A DNA stretch of 64,000 nt from the human T2T-CHM13v2.0 reference genome, Homo sapiens: the NCBI RefSeq assembly GCF_009914755.1, contig NC_060935.1; one strand, written 5' to 3'. The stretch's first letter is position 1, and every line of letters starts with the position of its first letter. The notes beneath the pieces are model-generated. The model worked only from the letters and a program-made list of their open reading frames with translations. It was not told the DNA's origin and made no database searches. The position numbers were made by a program, and so were the translations under genes. Shown piece by piece: positions 17,041-30,483 of this stretch.

Positions 17041-17540
17041 AATTGTGGCCAAATATACACAACATAGAATTTACCATTTTAAGTACGATTCAGTGGTGTG
17101 AAATACATTCATATTCCTATGCAATCATCACCACTATCTGTTTCCAGAACTTTTTCATCAAACTAAACAGAAGCTCTATACTGCACCCATTAAATAACTC
17201 TCCACACCTGCCTTTCCCCAGTTCTTGGTAACGTCTATTTACTTCTGTCTCTGTGAATTTGCCTATTCTAGGCACCTCATGTAAGTGGAATTATACAGTA
17301 TTTGTCCCTTTGTGTTTGGTTTCTTTCTCTTAGCATAATGTTTTCGGGGATCATCCATATTGTAGTATACATCAGAATTTCATGCCTTTTATGGCTGAAT
17401 AACATTCCATTGAATGTATACATTTTGTTTATTCATCTGTTGATACACATTTGGGTTATTTCCAGCTTTTAGCTACTGTGAATAATGCTATGAACACTGG
17501 TGCCTAAGTATTTGTTTGAATTCCTACATTCACTTTTTTC
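17041..17540 (-). mobile_element. L1MB-type LINE-1 3' end fragment
   Basis: Reverse-strand old L1 3'UTR (GCAATCATCACCACTATC..TTTCCAGAACTTTTTCATC..GTAAGTGGAATTATACAGTATTTGTCC). Confidence 0.75.
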
Positions 17541-18719
17541 TTTAACATATCTCCAAGCATTATTTTGTGTAGATTTGTTTCAAACAACAGTTAAGAATTG
17601 AAAAAAGAAAAGATAGGAGGGATGAAGGAATGAAAGAACAATGGACAAAGGAATGAAAGAACAATGAACAAAGGATGAAATGAGTGGGCTGAACCTGTAA
17701 GTGAAGGATCCAGATTATTTAGTCAAAATGCCACGGTGTGTTGGGGACAGGAGACAGTGGCAACCCATACTCCTCCCAGCCACACTCCCTTAACTCCACC
17801 CAATGCAAGAGTGGATGGAGACTCCAAGACCCAAAAGTGAGATAAGCACTCTGGGTTCTGAATCTACATACTAGCTGTGGGAATATAGGCAAATTACTTA
17901 ACCTCTGTCATACTCAGTTTCCTTAGCTGGTAAAATGTTTAAATATCCTCCTCTATTTTTATTTCTGCCAAGCCTGCTAACAGCTCTTTCTGAGATTTCT
18001 TACATTTAATATTAATAAGTGTTAAGAAACGGTATGCCTATATTATGTCTACATTTTAGAGATAAAGAGATGAATAAATATGGTCCATGCTCTCATGAGG
18101 CTTACACTCTCAGAGAAAGATGGTCTTGGGTACAGGCAAGTGCAAGAAATTGTGTGCTGGCACCAGTGGCCACATCACTCAAGGATGGTCAAATCTACTC
18201 AGAACTAACGTGTTACATTGAACATCAGGTTGCTTCATCCTCGTGTGTGTTCTGATCGGCTAATGCCTATGCTGTACTAGTTGTTGTATTTACTATTTTC
18301 AGTATCACCCTGATTTCACTTGCATGTGTCAGGAAAGGTGTCAGAGAAGGAACACCCAAGCAGAGTGCTGACTGCTCAGTGTCATCAGCCAGGCATGAGG
18401 AAGGTCTAGAAGGGCACTTTCCAAGCAGAGGGTCTGGAGGTGTTCTTTGCAGCTGAAACACAGTGTCAAGGAACAGAGCTCACCAACTGAGGAGGCTGGA
18501 GAGAAAAGTAAGGGCCAAGGGTCACCAAGTAACAACTGCATCAGGAATTCAGGTGAGAGTGGAGGGTCTCCTAAGACTGCCAGAGCAACAGCAATAAGGG
18601 TAGCAATCAGAGGACCCCTGAAAAGAGCCCAGTGGGGGTAAAAATTGCCGAGTCATTGTTGACCTTTGCCAGTGGCAAAGTGAAAGACTTATTGCTGACG
18701 GCTGAAGATTAAATGACTT

Positions 18720-19041
18720 AAATTCCATACCATATGCTCAACCCTATGTTTCTTCCAGTCCTTCCAGAGTTCTGAGGGTGGCTTACGTGTTTCCTAGTAA
18801 CTTCTAGCCCTGAGGTCCCACTTAGGTTGAATTAGTTCAATTTATAGATATTTTCATTGTCCTGTGCATACCTCACACTGAACCAAACTTTCAACTCTCA
18901 ATTAATTCTGATCTGGCTTTCCCCACTCCAAGATAGTACCAAAGTTCTATTGAGGTGGTGGGCTCCCTCACCGAGGTAAGTGATACATCATGTCTTATTA
19001 AAAGGTTGTGTTAGTGATATGTGGGGACCCAGCATTCAACA
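18720..19041 (+). mobile_element. Old ERV1 LTR fragment (MER31/MER67-like)
   Basis: 3' end GGTTGTGTTAGTGATATGTGGGGACCCAGCATTCAACA resembles recalled MER31/MER67 termini. Confidence 0.4.
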
Positions 19042-19503
19042 GCACCAATCCAGCCATAGAACTGAGACCTTTTCCTTCATTCACAAGCACACATCATTAA
19101 TACATGGTGTTTATATCTATAGCTGACATCACTAGGTTTGTATTTTATGTCATAATACTGCTCAGATCCCACTCATCTTAAAAGTCGTTGATTTCTCCCT
19201 TATCCTGGACTCTTGCAGACAGGCTCCTCCCCTCATACTCAATTTGGCCACCAAAAGCAAAGCAATGTGACTCTCTAACCCCTCCCTGCCACCACAACCA
19301 CTATCTCCTGTCTCAGGGTCTACCTTTGCAAATCCAGGGACCCTGTAATTAAGAGCCCTGCTGAACTATGGACCTCTGCCCTTTAACAGTCCAGAAAATC
19401 TGCTGAAGGTCTTAACATTTTTGTCCTAAGCTTCTTTACAAGAGAAAAATAGCATGGATATTTATTTACTCATTTGATCTAGTAAACTTAGTAAAAGTCC
19501 TTA

Positions 19504-19838
<335 letters not shown>

Positions 19839-20157
19839 TTAGGTTTTAAATAATAAGTTTCTTGTATTTTTTCTATTATACTACTATGTATAACAGCTCT
19901 TATGGACAAAAGTGTATATTCAAGGGAGCATAAAGAAGTTATTCAAGTCGTCCCGTTGGGGTCTGGAAAAACTTCCAGAGGAGCTAGGATATGAATGGTG
20001 AATTGGCCTTTTGTGGCAGAGGCAAGAGTATTTCAAGGGTTTGGGTTCACATAAGAATAATAACCATGACTACATTTTGAGCATTCCGAATATCAGCCCT
20101 GCTGTAAGCATTTTCCTTGAGTTAAAACCTTTTAATCCTCTCAGCCACCAGGAGAAA

Positions 20158-20483
20158 TGCAATGTACTGAATGTTTATGTCCCTCTGAAATTTGTACATT
20201 GAAATACTGACCCCCAGTATAATTGTATTAGGAGATGGGGCCTTTGGGAGGTAATTAAATCATAAGGGTGGTGCCTTCATGAATGGGATTAGTGCCCTTA
20301 TAAAAGAGACTCCAGAGTGCTCTTTTGTTCTTTCTGTAGATGGCAGTCTGCAAACCAGAAAGGGCCCTCCACACTGGCACCCTGATCTCAGACTTCCAGC
20401 CTCCCAAACTGTGAGGAATAAAATTCTGTTGCTTATAAGCCACCCTGTCTGTGGTACTCTTATAGAAACTGACTGACTAGAAC
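20158..20483 (+). mobile_element. MLT1A-like MaLR LTR inserted in a MIR
   Basis: CTGAATGTTTATGTCCC..GGGGCCTTTGGGAGGTAATTA..ATGAATGGGATTAGTGCCCTTATAAAAGAG; MIR-like flanks at ~20050-20155 and ~20485-20630. Confidence 0.75.
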
Positions 20484-21322
20484 AGGAGGTCAGTACTATT
20501 TTAGTTTTGCAGATGGAGAAATTGAGACACAAAGGTATTAAGTAACACCCTCAAGGTCACATATGTAATTTCTAGGGTCCAGGATTCAAACCCAGGTAAT
20601 GAAAGTCCACACACTGAATCACAGTGCAATGCTTCCTTCTAATGAAGAAACAAAATGAGATAAACAATGAGCTAAGGGCTGAAGCATCAGGCACAAGAGA
20701 AATAAAGAAGGGAGATGAAGCTGTATAGGATACCCATCTTCCATATTTGGGATTTTGTCATTTATAGGTTTTCTAGACATGTGTTCCTTCTCAATTGTTT
20801 CAGAAAAAGAAAAGAGTGTAGTTCAGGATTGTTATTTAATGCTAGAATAGGGAAGGGGTCCTGTTACAAGTTTAGATCAGCAGAGACCCACATGATGCAT
20901 GAGAACAATTGCAGGACTGGGAATTAGAAGACTGAACGCTGAAACACAGAGCAAGCTCTGCTCCGTGATTTGGTCAAATCTCTTAACTCTTTGGCCTGCA
21001 GTTTCCTCACAAAAAAAAGTCAGGGTTTGAACGGAATTGTCTCTGAAATCCCATCAGGTTCCACGTCCTCATTGCCTCCTGCGGGCATGCACTTGGACCT
21101 CTCTGCTCGCCGGCTGCCAGCTGAGTTTCTCATGTTTGTGCTTTCCTACTCCTCCTCTCCCTCTGCTTTATCCCATCTGTTCGCTCCCACTGTTCTGGCA
21201 CCATCTGTTGTTTTCAGATGTCCTGATAGCTCAAGAATGTGTTTTAACATGGGAAGTTTCTCCTATATGAGATTAAGCCCTCCATAGGAAGGATGTTTTG
21301 CTAATAAAAAAAAGTCACAAAT

Positions 21323-21688
<366 letters not shown>

Positions 21689-22861
21689 TTAGAAGTAAAC
21701 AGTCACAGTTAAGAGTTGTACATAAGCAGAAAAAAAAAAACTTTGTGTATATTTTCCCAGACTCATACATATTATTAACTATTTATTGTTTATTTTCACA
21801 TCCCAATTGCTAAGAAATTTGTTAAAACTCCCTTATTAATTGTAAGATTTGTTTCTGAGAAGTAACAAGAAGAGTGAAAAATAAAAAGCAAACCAACAGG
21901 TAGAGGAAATGTGAGAAATCTTGGATAAATTGTGTCCAGAAAGAATGGATCAAATTTTGATCTTAGAAATACATGCCTCATTTTATTTCATATTTATTTT
22001 AGTTCTGTAAGAAACTAAAACTATGCAGTAATTGTGCAAGAATACTCTAAACCACATTTGAGAAATGCAAAGTGCAGTGTAGGGCACGATGTCACTAACC
22101 TTCAGCATAACCTTAACCTCATGGAGTCCCCATACACAGGGTTGTTCTCCCCATCTTAGATGTGCTACTAGCTAAAAGTCATCCAACCTGGTCATGGCCT
22201 AACATCTTCTGGAACTGGGGATTACAAAGAATCTAAAATTCCATTCTCTCTATTGTTAACATAACCCTTGAGTCCAGATTACCTCTCTCTTCAGGGAAAT
22301 AAATTCATAGGAGTTGCAGGACAAGGAACAGATCACAAACACATTTCTATTTTATTCCTGTCTCATGGAAAAAGAGCAAGCTAGAAATGTAAACGTCAGT
22401 GAAACATTCCTCGGACCTTAGATGAGAGGTGTTACATAAACACGTTTTCAGCTGAGCCTGAAAAATTTGTTTACTTACAAACTTTCTATACAACCCTGAC
22501 GGCTTTCCAGGAAGTAGCCTCTCTCTTCATTAGAAAATTCTTCACAGGACTTTCTTCAGAGCCTGCCCGCTCTTGTTTTTCAGTTCTCTTGACATGTGAC
22601 CCATTCTTTGAGAAGCTTGTTTGTTTATGCTGCAGTGCATCATCCATTTTCCCACTGCCAAGGCGGCTCTGCTCTCATGTGAATCAGAGATCGCTGGACT
22701 GCTCTGACCTAGAGGTCCGCACACGGCCCCCTCCCCAGCTTCTCCTAACTGCAGCATTTGCTCTTCTGTTTTCTTTGACTTCCTGTCTTGCCTCCTTCCT
22801 CCCCTGTACTCTTTCTTTAGTCCCAAACCTCCCTACTGTTTGTCTCTCTGCTTGATTCACC

Positions 22862-23085
22862 TTTATTTTTTATTGTATATATTTAAGGTATACAACATGA
22901 TTTTTCTATATACGTAGTGAAATTGTTACTACAGTGAAGCAAATTTATATGACCATCATCTCGCATAGTTACTCTTTTTGTGAGTGTGGAAAGAGCACCC
23001 AAAATCTACTACTCTCTTAGAAGGTTTCCAGTGTACAATATAATGTTATAATTATCGTTGTCATGTTGTACACTAAATCTCTAAT
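22862..23085 (-). mobile_element. L1MA-type LINE-1 3' end fragment
   Basis: ATTGTATATATTTAAGGTATACAACATGAT..CATAGTTAC resembles L1MA termini. Confidence 0.7.
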
Positions 23086-24571
23086 TTTAATTATGCTATC
23101 AAGAGATTACCTCTCTTCTCACCTGTCAAAATGAGTGGAAATTAAGTCCCCCTAGTCTCTCCCATTCTTCTCTAATCTCCCCAGCTGGCCCCAGCCTCGC
23201 AAACTAAAAGAAAAAACAATTTCATCAAGCTCCTCTGGGGCGAAACAATGAATAAGATATTGTTCAGCTTTACATCTCAGAAACCCTTCCCCCAGTGATT
23301 TGCAAGCAGTAACTTATGTTTAATTAGCTCTTGGATTGACTTTGGAGTCATTGGTTTGGCCAGATAATGAAGTTCCCAATTAATGTCACAATATAGATTA
23401 TAATCTGATCCTTATGGTTGGGCTCTTTCCTCAGTTATAACCAATATTTTTATGTGATGAACCATTTTCTGGGCTCCACTACTAAAAATAAACTTTTATA
23501 CACTAAGAGATGAAAGAATCTAAAGTTTGTTTAGGGAACCGAAGTCTCCCAGTAGTTGGATGCTCACAGTTCCCTTGAAATTAAACGATATCAAATTACC
23601 ATATAACCACAATACTAAGACATACTTTTCACTGTTTAGCATTCTAAAATTGTGATAAATTTTATAATTGATGCATACATTTAATGTGGAAGTGCTGACT
23701 TTTTTCCTCAAGCATTAGTGGTGTTTCCTGCAATCAATGGGGTTGTAGCATCAACAAATTGATATAAAATTTGGATTTCTGTATGTCAAAATAGTATTTT
23801 GAAAAAATGCTACTTTTTTTGTTTTTCACTCTATCCAGTGAATGTTTTACCCAGTAACAGAAACAATCATGAATCTTAGTCCTTGATTAATTTACCCTAA
23901 ACTCTTGAATTACATGTCAATACATCATAAAATAACCAGTGGCACATCATTTGTTCAGTGTCACCAATTGTGTTCTGCATTTTCTAATTTTTAAAAGTGT
24001 GCTATAAACTAACATATATTGTTAGGGCACTTGCCAGGTTGAATTCCTTTCAGAGCTACACTTAACATGTTATTTAATCTAGGGGTTGAACAAATGCCAG
24101 CAGCTGCAGGCTACGACTGCCTGTAACATTGAAACTAATTTAGCTAGAGTCAGTATCCTCTGCTTCTTATTCTCCAGAGAATTATCATAATTATTGGTAT
24201 TCTACAATTAAATTAAGGTATTAAGATTCTGTTCTAGCTTCTTACTGGCATAAAAAGTTCTTATGTTGCCTAGAATATTGAATTAAAATATTGGAAGTAC
24301 TTTTTAAAGATTTTTTTTTGCCTTTGTGTGTAGAAAGACACATATTAAGAGGTATCATTATCCTTTGATAAGGAAATATACAAATCATTAAGAAATGGAT
24401 GAATATTCTTCAAAAGAGTGAGAGAAATGACAAGTATACCTCATTAAGGAAACAGAAATGACCAATACATATGGAACAAGAAAAGTGCAGTATCACTATT
24501 AATTAAAGGCAAATTACTATAGCTACTAATTTTCCTTTCAGTGGTCAAGTTTTCCAATAAAGTGCTTTTGT

Positions 24572-24915
24572 AACAGCTTTGTTGATATAAAAGTGGTTTA
24601 ATATATTAACAGATATATTAAATATCTGTTATTGTGCAACCCTCACCACTATCTAATTTTAAAATATGTTTGTATTCCCCAAAAGAAACCCCATTTCCAT
24701 TAGCAGTCACTTTCCATTCCCCCCCGCCACCCGCCACACTGCCCCTGGTAACCACTAATCTACTGTCTCTATAAATTTAACTATTTTGGACATTTCATAT
24801 AAATGAAATCATACAACAGATGGTCTTTTGTGACTAACTTCTTTCACCAAGCCTGGTGTTTTCGATGTTTGTCCGTGTTGTACCATGTATCAGCACCTCA
24901 TTCCTTTTTGTAGCT
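24572..24915 (-). mobile_element. L1MB-type 3' end fragment inside an older + strand L1M remnant (~24340-25960)
   Basis: CCCCAAAAGAAACCCC..ATTAGCAGTCAC..GGACATTTCATATAAATG. Confidence 0.7.
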
Positions 24916-25220
24916 CTAGTGAAGTTTTGACAATGTTCTGGCAAAACTGAGCTCTCCAACATTATGTTTGGGACAGTATAATGATTTTTAGTAAGTCCAT
25001 TCTGGGGGACAATTTGGCAATTCATATTTAAAACTTTTTAAAAATATATAACGTTTCATCCAAGAATTCACTTTCAGGAAATTACCCCAAAGAAGCAATC
25101 ATAGATGTGTTCTCAAATTGGCCTGCAAAGATATTATTTGCAGTGCTGTACATGATAAGAAAATATTCACACAACATGATTCTCAACAACAGTGGATATG
25201 GTAAGTAATTTTTTTTTTCC

Positions 25221-25519
25221 AGAGACGGTGGTCTCACTATGTTGCTCAAGATGGAGTGCGGTGGATTTTCACAGGAGCAATCCCAATACTGACCAGCACA
25301 AGAGTTTCGATGTGCTCCATTGTTGACCTGGGCTGGTTCACCCTTCTTTAGGCAATCCTGTGGTCCCCTGCTCCTGGGAGGATGCCATGTTGATGTCAAT
25401 TTTAGTGCGGACACCTGATTGGTATAGTGCACCACAGCCTAGAACTTCTGGACTCAGGTGATCCTCCTGCTTCAGCCTCCTGAGTACCTGGGATTACAGG
25501 TGTGGACTCCCACACCAGC
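25221..25519 (-). pseudogene. RN7SL: Full-length 7SL (SRP) RNA retropseudogene
   Basis: Reverse complement follows 7SL including the S domain (GGTGTCCGCACTAA, GGAGCAGGGGACCAC, GGGTGAACCAGCCCAGGTC); 299 nt; A-tail remnant 25209-25218; many substitutions. Confidence 0.9.
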
Positions 25520-27544
25520 TGTTAGATAAATTGTGATGTTGGAATATTGTAGGATCTGCAGCCATTTGAAATGATGTGGGGAATGTGCTGTAGGAACTTG
25601 CATGAGTGCCGTGGAGCTATAGTGCTGCCACAATAGAATCAGAACACTTATGCATTTTTCAAAATATGATGCAAAATCTGACTACATAATGGGTAAGAGG
25701 TTTATACTGCTTTTAAAAATTAGTTTTAAGACAAATCTTGTAGCTGAATACTTAAATTGTGGAAAGAGATTAGTGACATAATGTTAAATAACTAAAGCAA
25801 TTTCAAGCATGCAGTTGGATCTCACTTTGTTTATTAAAAGAAGGGGTATGAGTGTGTGGTATGTAAAAGAACTGGAAAAATATATGACAGATACGTATGT
25901 GGGTTTTTTCTTCTCTGTATTTTGTGTAACATATTTACCACTCTACTTTTATGATGAGAAAAAAATAAGGTTTCAACTTTTTCTTAACTCTGTAATTCAA
26001 ACATATAGCACACTATGCTTCTTTTTTTTAAAGTTATCTTTTGTATGCTATAGAGAATCTTCTTAGATAGTTTACTACTCTCAGGAACTGAGCTACAGCA
26101 CTACTTCTATTTTGAACCAAATAACTGCACTTCAGCATTCTCCTTCATGGTCTGGCTAATTATACAATTTTATGCAGTGGGGTTTATAAATAAAAGAATA
26201 TTTTCCCCTTCATGTCATAAGCTAGTTTATACACACATCCTAAAGGAAAGTTTGGTTCCCAGAGCTTGGGGCTGTGCCTAGTATTTCCAAGGTCTTCTCA
26301 TCCTTTTTTTTAAGGAGGATGAGGAGGTTAAATCAAATTCCAAAATCATGCCTTATTTTGAGACTATCCAAATTCAGGCAGCTCTTAGTTTATGTAGACA
26401 GCCAAACTATACTCTGTGTCTCTAAAACGTGGATTGCCTTCTTTTTTTCTAGTAATGAAAAAATTCTATCAACAGGATCTTATAAATACCCTGATGTTTA
26501 GACATTTGAACTTTACAATACCTCTTAATTGATTGATTGATTCATTGATACATGATATGATACAGATAGATATGTGAGTTATAGGTATTTGAGCAAATTT
26601 TAACTGTTCATCCTCATATCACAACTTATACTAAAAAATTAACTCCTTACTCCCTCAACCCAGGCAAAACACACCATTAATTAAATTGCAGTTTAGTGAC
26701 AACTACTGCAAACAAATTCTAAAGTAGGAAAACGACATGCCCTTCTTCTGGGAGCCACTGTGGATGCTCTTGAAGATCTCAAACTTATATGTATACAATT
26801 AGTAATTAAAAGGCAGATGAAGCAAATCTAGTCTGCTGATCTTTTTAAAGCTTGTCCAAAGCAAAAATTCTCCTATTGACCTTTAGAAGACAAAACCATA
26901 GTCAAAACAGTTAAAACCAGAGTATGTCTGCTACTGGTGATGGGAGTCAAAGACTTCAAAAGAGGGTTTGGCCAATAACTACCGGTAGGTCATTTTTGAA
27001 AGAAAAAAATGACATTTGAACCATGGTGTCAAATGGTAATGGTTTTTTCTTTCTCCAACTCCATTCATTTAAAGCTATGGAGCCTGGTGTGCTTTAATTG
27101 TGAATTTATACAATTCTGTTTGTGTACTTTTTTTCTAACAGTGCCAGATCACTCTGTAAAATGAGTTATTCATGCAATTTGAGTTTAGTAAGCTTACAAA
27201 TGCAGAAAGAAAGTGTCTTGACACAAAGATTTTTTAAAAGAGTTATTGGCTACTACTTATAAGGTCTTCTTTGTAAAGATACATCTATTTTTTATAGTAG
27301 ATTCCTTATTGCAGTTAATAATATATTTTAGGCAATAAATTACCAAAAGCAAATATGCAATTAAATAATTTGCAAAAGATTGCACAAATGGAAAATTCAA
27401 TGACATAAAAAAAATTGTTTTCATAAACTATATTTCATTCATACTTGCTTTTCTGAGGTAATACAAAGATAATAAGAACTTAGGAGAGTTACCAGCAAAT
27501 AGTAAGCACTCATAATTCATGCTGTTATTATTAGTACTATTTTT

Positions 27545-27965
27545 AGACAATTATTTATGAATGCTTTGAGCTGAAAACTTTGGGTTAGCACAAATGCAGA
27601 CAATAATTTTTGCTCCCATACAGCTTGCCCTTTACTGAGGTGGTAGATGTTGATCCAAAAATCACACAAAAAAATCCAAATTTACCACAGTAGTTAGTCC
27701 CAGGAATGAAAGATACGCAGTGCTGCGAGAAGGTGAAACAAGGGACTTGGGTTTTTCTAAAAGGTCAGAGGAGGCCTCCTGGAGGAGGTGATGTTTGAGC
27801 TGAGATTGGAAAAAAGAGTAAGAGTCAGAAAACCAAGAGGGTGAGAAAGTGTTCCCAACAAGAGAACAGCATGTTTGGGGCAGTGAAAGGTCAGCAAGAC
27901 TAGATCAAAGACACAGAAGAAAAGCAGATGGATTTGAGAAATATTTAGCTAATAAAATCCACAAG
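27545..27965. mobile_element. L2 LINE fragments
   Basis: ATTTATTATGAATGC.. and GGTCAGAGGAGGCCTCCTGGAGGAGGTGATGTTTGAGCTGAGA resemble the L2 3' region. Confidence 0.55.
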
Positions 27966-29339
27966 AAGAAGTCATGATTGGATAAGAATGGAAAAAGAAA
28001 ATATATTGAGAAATGATGACTCCTAAAACCTGGCAGACACTGCCTTAATCAAATGATCAAACTTAACACCATCAGAAATGAACTAACTGACAGCATGTGA
28101 TGCACTGACAAGAAGCCAACATCACTTCTCTGTCATTTCTCCTGAAAGTGCATAACTAGAATCTAATCATGAGAAGATATCAAACAATCCTGAACAGAAG
28201 GACAGCCTACAAAATCCATATCTACTGAATAGTCAAAACGATCTTGAAAAGGAGTAAAATGGGAAACCACACACTTACTGATTTCAAAGCATACTGCAAA
28301 GCAACAGTAATTAAGATGGTGTAGTTCTGGCAAAATGATCCATGTATAGAACAATGGAACAGAAGAGAGAGGCCAGAAGTAAATGCTATGTTTTTGGTCA
28401 AATAATCTTTGACAAGGATGCCAAGGCTACACAATGAGGAAACAGCAGTCTTTTCAACAAATGGTGTTGAGAAAACTTGATATTCATATGCAAAAGAATG
28501 GATTTGGACCATTATCTTAGACCATATGCAAAAAATCAACTCCAAATGGATTAAAGACTGAAACTATAAAACTTCTAGAAGAAAACATAGAGAAAAACTT
28601 CAGGACATTTGATTTGGCAATGATTTCTTGGATATGATACCAAAAGCACAAGCAAAAATTCAAAAACAGAAATATGAGACTACATCAAACTTGAAAATTT
28701 TTGTACATCAAAAGAAACAATCAAAAGAGTGAAAATTCAACATGCAGAATGTCAGAAGATATCTGCAAATTATATTGCTGATAAGAGGTTAATATCCACA
28801 ATATATATGGAATTTCTACAACTTGACAACAGAAAACAACATGACAACAGAAAACAACCCGATTAAAAAATGGGCATACGACTTTATTTTGAATAGGCAA
28901 TTTTGCAAAGATATACAAATTGCCAACAAGCATATGAAAATATGCTCAATATCATATAAATCATAAGAGAAATGCAAGTCAATGCCACAATAAGATATCA
29001 CCTCACCTTCATTAGGATGCCCGCTATCAAAAGAACAAAAAATAACAAGTGTTAAGGAGGATATGGAGAAAAGGGAATGCTTGTGCACTGTTGGTGGGAA
29101 TGTTGATTAGTGTGGCCATTCTGGAAAACAGTATGGAGGTTCTTGAAACAATTAAAAATAGAACTACTATATAATCCAGGAACTCCATTTCTAGATATAT
29201 TGCCAAAAGAATTCAAAGCAGGATCTCAAAGAAATATTTGCACACCCATGTTCATTGCAGCATTGTTCACAATAGGCAAGAGATAGAAGCAGTCAAATGT
29301 CCATTGATAATAAATGAATGGATAAAGAAAATGTGGTAT

Positions 29340-29610
29340 GGCTGGACATGGTGGCTCACATCTGTAATTCCACACTTTAGTAGGCTGAGGCAAGAAGATC
29401 ACTTGAGCCCAAGGGTCTGAGACCAGCCTGGGCAACACAGTGAGACCTTGTCTCTACAAAAGAAAAAATACAAATTAGCCGAGCATAGTGGCACATGCCT
29501 GTGGTCCCAGCTACTCAGGACACTGAAGTAGGAGGATCACTTAAGGCCAGAAGGTCGAGGCTACCGTGAGCTGTGTTCTTGCTACTGCATTCCAGCCTGT
29601 ATCCCTATCA
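29340..29610 (+). mobile_element. AluJ
   Basis: GATCACTTGAGCCCA and GGTCGAGGCT J diagnostics; degenerate TSD AAGAAAAT..GGTAT. Confidence 0.85.
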
Positions 29611-29756
29611 CAAAGAAAGAAAAAGAAAGAAAAGGAAGGAAGGAGGGAAGGAAGGAAGGAAGGAAGGAAGGAAGGAAAGAAGGAAGGAAAGAAGGAAGGA
29701 AGGAAGGTAGGAAGGAAGGAAAGAAGGGAGGGAGGGAGGAAGGAAAAGAAAGAAAA
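29611..29756. repeat. Polypurine (GGAA/GAAA)n microsatellite derived from the AluJ tail
   Basis: Near-pure purine tract; 8 uninterrupted GGAA at 29646-29677. Confidence 0.9.
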
Positions 29757-30145
29757 TTTGGGGTATACCTATAATGGAAAATTATGCCTCCTTGAAAAAG
29801 AAAGAAATCCTATCACATACTATACAACATGGATAAACCTTGAGGACATTATAGGAAGCGAGATAAGCCACTCACAAAAAGACAAACACTATATGATTCC
29901 ATGCATATAAAGTACCTACTATAATCAAAATCATAGAAACAGAAAGTAAAACAGTGGTTTCTAGGAGCTAGAGAGAGGGGAAATTAGTGGTTTATGGGTA
30001 TACAGATTCTGTTTACAAGATGAAAAATTTCTAGAGATGAGTTGCATTATAATGTGAATATTCTTAACACTACTGAACTGTACACTTTTAAATGGTAAAT
30101 TTTATATTATGAGATTTTTACAAAAATTTAAAAAATAGCTGATCT

Positions 30146-30483
<338 letters not shown>

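Larger units (their letters stand above)
28222..30136 (+). mobile_element. 5'-truncated L1MB/L1MA-type LINE-1 (ORF2 C-terminal part plus 3'UTR), interrupted by an AluJ
   Basis: Decayed ORF2 motifs (TTCAACAAATGGTG, ATGTTCATTGCAGCATTGTTCACAATAG); 3' end ACTGAACTGTACAC..AATGGTAAATTTTAT. Confidence 0.8.
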
